64,000 nucleotides of DNA. Origin: an uncultured Lachnospiraceae bacterium (lineage in GTDB: Bacteria; Bacillota; Clostridia; Lachnospirales; Lachnospiraceae). The stretch lies in the NCBI GenBank assembly GCA_910587635.1, contig CAJUNB010000027.1:36677-100676 (forward strand), given 5' to 3'. Under the pieces are notes generated by a model. The model was given only the letters and a program-made list of their open reading frames with translations. It had not been told where the DNA came from and did not search any database. Positions 58,604 through 64,000 of this stretch are shown one piece after another; position 1 is the stretch's first letter, and each line of letters opens with the position of its first letter. Made by a program: the position numbers and the translations under genes.

Positions 58604-60586
58604 TCACTGGATAATCTCCACGTCCTTATCTATCCCCTTCAGTTCTCCCACAGCATTATCTGTAATGTTTAAATATGTCAGCTGCTCCAGCTGCATAAGT
58701 GGAGAAAGATCCGTAATATAATTGTCCTGTACACTCAGTCTGGAAAGATTTTTCAATTCCCGTGCAAACTCCAGATCTGTCAACTCATTGCTGTCAAGAT
58801 ACAATTCCTCCAGATTGGGAAACTTTTGCAGAAAATCAAGATGCTCACAAAACACCACGTCATCGTACCACACATCTGTCATCCCTCCATAGGACTGCAC
58901 ATAATAATTCTCATGAAGAGACATCCCTTTCATACTCAACACCCGAAGGGAAGGATTCTCCTGTATTTTATCAAATCTAATTTCAAAAATACCATTATCC
59001 AGATACAGCTCTTCCAGCCCGGCATGGTTGAAAACAGAAGAAACATCCCCTGTGACCTGGACAAAATAATCGTAACCAATCCAGCCGGTCCCATCCCGGT
59101 TTCCATTGAAGTCTGCACATTTCAGATTTGTCATGCCATCCAGAAAACTGAGCGTATTCAGGTAATATGCCGCCGAATTCCAGACGGAATAAAAAGTCAG
59201 ACGCTCTACCCCTGTAAGGGTAGAGAGCGCATCCGCACCATCCACATTACAATTATGAATCGACAAGTCCTTTATTCCCGTCAGGCCCCGCAGGGACGAG
59301 ACTGACATGAATCCGCTGATATCCAGCCGTTCCAGATCTGTCAGCCCGGAAAGGTCCGGGTCTGTCTGACTCGTCATTTTATCGATCGTCAGCTCCGTGA
59401 GACTGGTTATCTGTCCTACCGGCCCGAAATCCTGTACTTCTCTATTACCGATCAGACACAGACTCTCTAATTTGGGGAGCTCTGCCAGTGACTCCAGACT
59501 GATAACGGCCGTTTCTTTTAATGTCAGAGAACGTAAAAGCGGCAAATCCTTTAAAAACCCAACATCCCGTATGATGTCAGATTCCAGGGACAGCACTTCC
59601 AATCCTTTCATAACGGAAATGGCAGAATAATCCTTGACGCGTACCTTATCCTCATCCAGAGAAATAATGGAATCTGAATTGCAAGTATCTTCCAGTACCA
59701 GTTCCTTTAACTTTTTCAGAGAAACGAGCTGCTTTAAATTCACCTCCGGCAAATCCTGAATATACAGCTTCTCTACATTGGCAAATTCAGCTATTCCCTC
59801 CATAGATTCTATCCGGGCTACTCCCAGTTCTGTTATCTGTCCCGGATCTGAAACTATCTTTGCAATGTCGGAAATTTCCGTTCCCCTGACGCTGATTCCC
59901 TTTAACGCCTTCAGTTCCTTTAAATACATGCCTTCAGGCAACCGGGAATCCAGTTCCAGCCGCACCAGCCCCTTAAAGTTCTGAATATCCGAAGTCTCCC
60001 ATTCCATTATGGGAAAAACAAGGCATCTGATGTCCGGCGAATCGCCATAGGGATCATCAAAACTGTACCACACATAGTCCGCTTCCGATGAAGTTGCTAT
60101 CCTCAAATAGGTGATCCGGTTTAACTCTTCCTGCGAAACTCCGGTATTTTTCTCAAATATTTCTTCCAGCATGGCTTCGTACAGATGACTGCCTGCCGAA
60201 ATCTCTTCCACTTCGTTTACGACCTCTCCATAACTGCCATAATCATCGTCATAGGGACTGTCTATATCCGGTAAAAAATCCGATCTTCTGGAAGCACGCA
60301 TCGAACCTGCAAAAAGAACCGCAAGAACAATCAAAAAAACAACCGCGCCCGCTGCCACAGCAATCCAGCCCATCAGCATGGAATAATCCTTGTCCTTATT
60401 GGATGCATTCGGATAGACTCTAATAGGCTCCCGGGGATATATATTATAATTGGTAATGTTCTGTACCTTTTCATCGTCCAGCCAAAACTGGTTCCCACAG
60501 TATTCGCATGTCACCAGTCTGGACTGGGCATTTTCCAATCGAAGCCTTCCTCCACAGGAAGGACAGTTAATTTCAACTATTTTCAT
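58604..60586 (-). CDS. Zn-ribbon / single-TM / leucine-rich-repeat protein
   Basis: N-terminal CPSCGG...CEYCGN, TM helix LMGWIAVAAGAVVFLIVLAVLFAG, then more than 15 LRR-like units of about 22 aa (L..L..L.L....I.D...L). Confidence 0.75.
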   Translation of the reverse strand: MKIVEINCPSCGGRLRLENAQSRLVTCEYCGNQFWLDDEKVQNITNYNIYPREPIRVYPNASNKDKDYSMLMGWIAVAAGAVVFLIVLAVLFAGSMRASRRSDFLPDIDSPYDDDYGSYGEVVNEVEEISAGSHLYEAMLEEIFEKNTGVSQEELNRITYLRIATSSEADYVWYSFDDPYGDSPDIRCLVFPIMEWETSDIQNFKGLVRLELDSRLPEGMYLKELKALKGISVRGTEISDIAKIVSDPGQITELGVARIESMEGIAEFANVEKLYIQDLPEVNLKQLVSLKKLKELVLEDTCNSDSIISLDEDKVRVKDYSAISVMKGLEVLSLESDIIRDVGFLKDLPLLRSLTLKETAVISLESLAELPKLESLCLIGNREVQDFGPVGQITSLTELTIDKMTSQTDPDLSGLTDLERLDISGFMSVSSLRGLTGIKDLSIHNCNVDGADALSTLTGVERLTFYSVWNSAAYYLNTLSFLDGMTNLKCADFNGNRDGTGWIGYDYFVQVTGDVSSVFNHAGLEELYLDNGIFEIRFDKIQENPSLRVLSMKGMSLHENYYVQSYGGMTDVWYDDVVFCEHLDFLQKFPNLEELYLDSNELTDLEFARELKNLSRLSVQDNYITDLSPLMQLEQLTYLNITDNAVGELKGIDKDVEIIQ

Positions 60587-60831
60587 CTTTTCCCCTCAAC
60601 AGACCTACTCATTTGCCTCAATTCGACAAAAAATATTACAGATCTATTTTATGATAATCAGTCTGCATCGTCAAGGTATTCTGCAGGTAGCCTGTTTCTA
60701 AAAATCGTATGACTTTTATCATAGACAACTTTTTCTGTGACGAATAGCTACTCTATGTCAGTTTATGCCCACTCCATGTATAAATATTTCTCTTCTGCAC
60801 ATCCTATCCAGGAAAGGCAGGTAAAAGTATT

Positions 60832-61023
60832 ATGGATCTGAACAAAACAGTATGTTTTTGTATGGGCGTTACTAACGGTATGATAAAAGATGCCGTATAT
60901 AATGGTGCCAATACACTGGAAGAATTGCAGGAAATTACCGGAGCAGGTACTGTATGTGGTGCATGTCTTGAAGATGTGAAACATCTTTTGGAATGTTTCA
61001 TAGCAGAACGGGACAGAAAATAA
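60832..61023 (+). CDS. Stand-alone BFD-like [2Fe-2S]-binding mini-protein
   Basis: 63 aa with Cys pattern CFC...30 aa...CGAC, as in bacterioferritin-associated ferredoxin / NifU-N-type BFD domains. Confidence 0.72.
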   Translation: MDLNKTVCFCMGVTNGMIKDAVYNGANTLEELQEITGAGTVCGACLEDVKHLLECFIAERDRK

Positions 61024-61047
61024 GGCATCCTTTGCCTTATTTTTTTG
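61017..61047. terminator. Terminator hairpin overlapping the BFD stop codon
   Basis: AAAATAAGGCA-tcctt-TGCCTTATTTT followed by TTTT. Symmetric enough to serve the convergent GH25 gene as well. Confidence 0.65.
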
Positions 61048-61094
61048 TCCCTCCCAATGAGCGTGCGTTCCTTTGTTCACTGAGGGTAATCAAA

Positions 61095-62102
61095 TCAGTT
61101 GGCCCCATACAGTTTTTTCCATGTGGCACCTTTGGCAGTCAGTATGCCATCCTGATTTTTGACAGATGATTTTACCACATTGGATTGATACAGTTTGATT
61201 GCCTTGCACATCCCGTTTCCAAAGACAGGGACTTTGTTCTCATCGGCTTCAATGCTGCCTGTATAATATCCCAGTGCCTGCATATATCGCTCCAGAGGTG
61301 TTACAATGGCATGGGTCTGATTTTGAGACATGCTGACTGTCACTGTCTTACTTAATATCTCTGTTGCTCTGGCTGTCGCAGAGACTCCCCATATCTCCCG
61401 GCTGTCTTTGATAAAATCTGATAAATGATAATCGACTTTCTCCTCCGGAACACTGTCCACAGATGCCTCAATGTCCACATACCACAAATTCAGGTCGACA
61501 TGACCGTCAATACCATCCACACGTCCCATTGAAGTATACTGCCATCCGTACCTCTCACCGTCAAAATTTGTTGGAGTTTTTTCCATATTCACAGGATCTG
61601 TGATCTTCATTTCTTTTTTGTTTCCATTATAGTATCTCGCTTCCCATCCTTTTCGATACTGAGGTTTTACATATTCTATTATTTTATCAAGATGTCTGTC
61701 ATAATAGGCCATACCAAAATAAACCCCAAATTCACATCCTCCCTCTGTGATGACATCTCCAAACGTATTGATAATATCTGCAGCCCGTCTGTCAGTAGGC
61801 AAACTTTTATCTTCATAATCCAGCCAGACAAAAGGGTGCCTGTCAGGACCGAGAATCTTTAAAATTTTTGCGGCATCCGACGCTGCTTTGTCGATGTCCG
61901 CCGCATAGGTATAATGATATACTCCCTGTACAGGAACTCCCGCTGCCAGACATCCCGCCCAATTTTTTTCAAATTGGTGATCGGGCGTCATGTCTTTTCT
62001 GGCAACTTTCAGAATCGCAAATTCTATTCCTGCCGCTTTTACTTTTTTCCAGTCAATGAGCCCCTGATAGGATGATACATCTATGCCTCTGTATATTTTC
62101 AT
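61095..62102 (-). CDS. GH25 muramidase with C-terminal peptidoglycan-binding-like domain, no signal peptide
   Basis: MKIYRGIDVSSYQGLIDWKKVKAAGIEFAILKV... is a canonical GH25 N-terminus. The C-terminal ALGYYTGSIEAD...FGNGMCKAIKLYQ resembles PG_binding_1. Confidence 0.85.
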   Translation of the reverse strand: MKIYRGIDVSSYQGLIDWKKVKAAGIEFAILKVARKDMTPDHQFEKNWAGCLAAGVPVQGVYHYTYAADIDKAASDAAKILKILGPDRHPFVWLDYEDKSLPTDRRAADIINTFGDVITEGGCEFGVYFGMAYYDRHLDKIIEYVKPQYRKGWEARYYNGNKKEMKITDPVNMEKTPTNFDGERYGWQYTSMGRVDGIDGHVDLNLWYVDIEASVDSVPEEKVDYHLSDFIKDSREIWGVSATARATEILSKTVTVSMSQNQTHAIVTPLERYMQALGYYTGSIEADENKVPVFGNGMCKAIKLYQSNVVKSSVKNQDGILTAKGATWKKLYGAN

Positions 62103-62208
62103 CGCTTCCCCCTGTTCACTGAAAGTAGTATCTGTTTCTTAATATCATATGCAGCCATAGTATTCCTGTCATAATGAGAAAATACGATAGAGAAAATAAA
62201 AAAATTAC

Positions 62209-62238
62209 TTGACAAGCTATAGAAAATAATAGTATACT
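62209..62238 (+). promoter_or_regulatory. Sigma-70 promoter for the tRNA pair
   Basis: TTGACA (62209-62214), 18-nt spacer, TATACT (62233-62238), about 40 nt upstream of tRNA-Val. Confidence 0.5.
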
Positions 62239-62277
62239 AACAAAGTGGGTTGCGGAGATTACATAGCCTGTATGAAT

Positions 62278-62350
62278 GGGATCTTAGCTCAGCTGGGAGA
62301 GCATCTGCCTTACAAGCAGAGGGTCATAGGTTCGAGCCCTATAGGTCCCA
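62278..62350 (+). tRNA. tRNA-Val (anticodon TAC)
   Basis: Manual cloverleaf: acceptor GGGATCT/AGGTCCC, D arm GCTC/GAGC, anticodon stem TCTGC/GCAGA with loop CTTACAA, T arm ATAGG-TTCGAGC-CCTAT. No encoded CCA. Confidence 0.9.
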
Positions 62351-62373
62351 CTCATTTTCACAATATCATATAT

Positions 62374-62447
62374 GGCGAGATAGCTCAGTTGGCTAGAGCA
62401 TGCGGTTCATACCCGCAGTGTCGAGGGTTCAAATCCCCCTCTCGCTA
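62374..62447 (+). tRNA. tRNA-Met (anticodon CAT), elongator-like
   Basis: Manual cloverleaf: acceptor GGCGAGA/TCTCGCT (G1-U72), anticodon stem TGCGG/CCGCA with loop TTCATAC, T arm GAGGG-TTCAAAT-CCCCC (one A-C mismatch). Ile2(CAT) is not excluded. Confidence 0.8.
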
Positions 62448-62455
62448 TTGAAAAA

Positions 62456-62490
62456 AGTCTGGAAATAAAATTTCCAGACTTTCTTTTCTT
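62456..62490 (+). terminator. Rho-independent terminator after the tRNA pair
   Basis: AGTCTGGAAA-taaaa-TTTCCAGACT followed by TTCTTTTCTT. Confidence 0.75.
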
Positions 62491-62690
62491 CTGCCCTATT
62501 AAGTGCTGTGTCAGTTTCTGGAGGTATAATTGCCTGCACAGAATGGTAAAATGTTTCATATCCAAGATCAGGAGAGGGGGTTGCGGTTTCGTCTTCATAA
62601 TTTATCTCCATTTTCCTGTCTGATTGATATTGACTAATCTGATAACTCTCGCTATCCTAATAGTATATCAGATATAAGGGAGAAAAGAAA

Positions 62691-63824
62691 ATGGCATTAG
62701 GAATGGATATCATAAAAATAATCAAATACGAAGGACCGAATACAAACGAAGTTCTCGTATGGAAGCACCCTGCGGAGAATTTCAACACCACCAGCCAGCT
62801 GATTGTACATGAATCCCAGACTGCGATACTGTTTCGGGACGGGCAGGCACTGGATATGTTTGGCCCCGGGCGACACACGCTGGAAACGGAAAATATCCCA
62901 CTGCTCAGACGTATTATCAATATTCCTACCGGCGGAAAGACTCCCTTTCGCTGTGAAGTATATTTTATCAATAAAGTAGATGTCCTGGATGTTCTCTGGG
63001 GAACTTCCCAGCCCATGCCCATTCAGGATCCTGTATATCATATTATTCTGCCAGTACGGGCAAACGGCCAGTTTGGACTACATATTACGAACAGCCGCCA
63101 GCTGCTTGTCAGACTGATCGGTACTACCAGTGACCTGACCAAAAAGAGAGTGGCCGAACTGTTCCGGGGAATCCTTATGTCCAAAGCCAAAAATCTGATC
63201 GCGGATCTGATCACTGAAAATCAGATCAGTTTCGTGGAAATCCACAGTCACTTGAATGAAATATCGGATAGAATCAAAGAACAGGTATCCCCCCTCTATG
63301 CCGACTACGGAATGGAAATTATCAACTTTTTTGTCAATTCCATCTCAGTCCCGGAAAACGATCCGGGGTATATCCAGATACGCTCTGCACTTGCCAAAGC
63401 CAAAGAAACAGAACTCCTGGCAAAGGGAGAAAAAGCCCAGATGGATATTCTCGGCTATAATTATCAGCAAAAACGAACTTTTGATATGCTGGACAAAGCC
63501 GCCCAGAATGAAGGCGGCGGTTCCGGCGTCATCGGCGCAGGCATCGGCATGGGAATGGGCGTAGGCATCGGCAATATGGTAGGCAGCGCTGTCGGAAACG
63601 CTATGGACAGCGCAGGCATCGGCGGCGCTCTCTTTTCTGATACCCCTAAAGCAAGATCGTCTTATTCCGGTCAGATTCATTGTCCTTCCTGCCGGACACT
63701 TCTCCCGCAGGGAGCCAGATTCTGCTTTGAGTGTGGTACAAAAATAGCAGAAAAATGCCCCGAATGTGGTGCGCAATTACCTTCCGGGGCAAAATTCTGT
63801 CTGGAATGTGGCAAGAAAATATAA
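62691..63824 (+). CDS. SPFH (Band 7_1, YdjI-like) protein with Gly-rich hydrophobic segment and C-terminal double zinc ribbon
   Basis: N-terminal IIKYEGPNTNEVLVWKHP...SQLIVHESQTAILFRDGQ matches the PF13421-type SPFH family. GAGIGMGMGVGIGNMVGSAVG segment. Two CPxC...FCxECG ribbons. Confidence 0.8.
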   Translation: MALGMDIIKIIKYEGPNTNEVLVWKHPAENFNTTSQLIVHESQTAILFRDGQALDMFGPGRHTLETENIPLLRRIINIPTGGKTPFRCEVYFINKVDVLDVLWGTSQPMPIQDPVYHIILPVRANGQFGLHITNSRQLLVRLIGTTSDLTKKRVAELFRGILMSKAKNLIADLITENQISFVEIHSHLNEISDRIKEQVSPLYADYGMEIINFFVNSISVPENDPGYIQIRSALAKAKETELLAKGEKAQMDILGYNYQQKRTFDMLDKAAQNEGGGSGVIGAGIGMGMGVGIGNMVGSAVGNAMDSAGIGGALFSDTPKARSSYSGQIHCPSCRTLLPQGARFCFECGTKIAEKCPECGAQLPSGAKFCLECGKKI

Positions 63825-63842
63825 TTCTTACCATTTGCATTC

Positions 63843-64000
63843 TTACATTCTCTCTGGAGCTGAAAAGCCAAGCAGGTCGATGCATGTCTCCAGCACATTT
63901 TCAGTCAACAATAAAAGGGCGATCCAACCGCTCTTTTTTCTTTTATCCTCTTCTGTCAGAATTTTCGTCTCATGATAAAAACGGTTGAAGGCATTCGCCA
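63843..64000 (-). CDS. argS: Arginine--tRNA ligase, C-terminal 51 codons only
   Basis: Reverse-strand reading gives ...ANAFNRFYHETKILTEEDKRKKSGWIALLLLTENVLETCIDLLGFSAPERM*, the conserved DALR-domain end of ArgS (terminal APERM). The gene continues beyond the right edge. Confidence 0.85.
   Translation of the reverse strand, partial: ANAFNRFYHETKILTEEDKRKKSGWIALLLLTENVLETCIDLLGFSAPERM

Noticed and set aside
60763-61080. A 105-aa minus-strand ORF opposite the BFD-like gene.
   Set aside because: It is antisense to a well-supported Cys-motif ORF, starts at a GTG inside the repeated TCAGTGAACA motif, and crosses the terminator hairpin. No motif is present.
62429-62611. A 60-aa minus-strand ORF (MEINYEDETATPSPDLGYE...) downstream of the tRNAs.
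   Set aside because: It reads through the strong terminator hairpin and into the tRNA-Met gene before reaching a stop. The AGGAAA is too close to the ATG to act as an RBS. The ORF is therefore unlikely to be expressed as a protein.
63825-63842. An 18-nt gap between the convergent SPFH and argS stop codons, without a terminator.
   Set aside because: This was noted under the SPFH finding. By itself it is a common arrangement and not evidence of anything unusual.
1-64000. A search by eye for CRISPR arrays, transposases/IS ends, integrases, rRNA, tmRNA, RNase P, SRP RNA and toxin-antitoxin pairs.
   Set aside because: No array of regularly spaced direct repeats was found. No DDE, tyrosine or serine recombinase motifs were found. 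No intergenic gap is longer than about 390 nt. The gaps that exist are accounted for by promoters, terminators or the repeats reported above. Small structured RNAs cannot be excluded without a covariance-model scan.

Overview
The window looks like a chromosomal segment of a Firmicute, probably Clostridia and Lachnospiraceae-like. That guess rests on gene content and protein motifs recognised by eye; no database search was run. From 1 to 43 kb almost every gene is on the minus strand and the content is core. This stretch holds a Fur-family regulator with a putative metal permease, and the complete rnfCDGEAB operon. It also holds two methyl-accepting chemotaxis proteins and an orphan cheR. Next come rpsA-ispH-cmk and a biotin-dependent Na+-decarboxylase/carboxyltransferase cluster. 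Further genes are two DD-carboxypeptidases flanking scpAB, rpsU, and alaS-glyQS-recO-(yqzL-like)-era. The stretch ends with an M16C peptidase. From 43 to 64 kb the strands alternate and the content looks more accessory. This part starts with an EamA transporter. It also has a cassette of a rhomboid-like membrane protein, a truncated sigma-70-like protein and an unknown protein. A 1417-aa double-activase/dehydratase-like fusion follows, then a MarR-MATE-(LigB-like::AMMECR1)-radical SAM operon. After that come an SGNH hydrolase, blaI/blaR1-like genes, a Zn-ribbon/LRR surface protein and a stand-alone BFD-like ferredoxin. The block closes with a signal-less GH25 muramidase, tRNA-Val and tRNA-Met, an SPFH/double-zinc-ribbon protein and the 3' end of argS. 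I found no CRISPR array, transposase, integrase, rRNA or obvious prophage. The leads I rate highest are all inferential. First, the rhomboid-like/truncated-sigma cassette at 44.2-46.3 kb. Second, the AmmeMemoRadiSam-type operon coupled to an efflux pump at 50.9-55.0 kb. Third, the decarboxylase cluster that carries both a 12S-like and a 5S-like carboxyltransferase at 18.9-24.1 kb. Fourth, a hairpin-repeat-rich non-coding region at 7.35-7.55 kb. None of these is demonstrably new from sequence alone.
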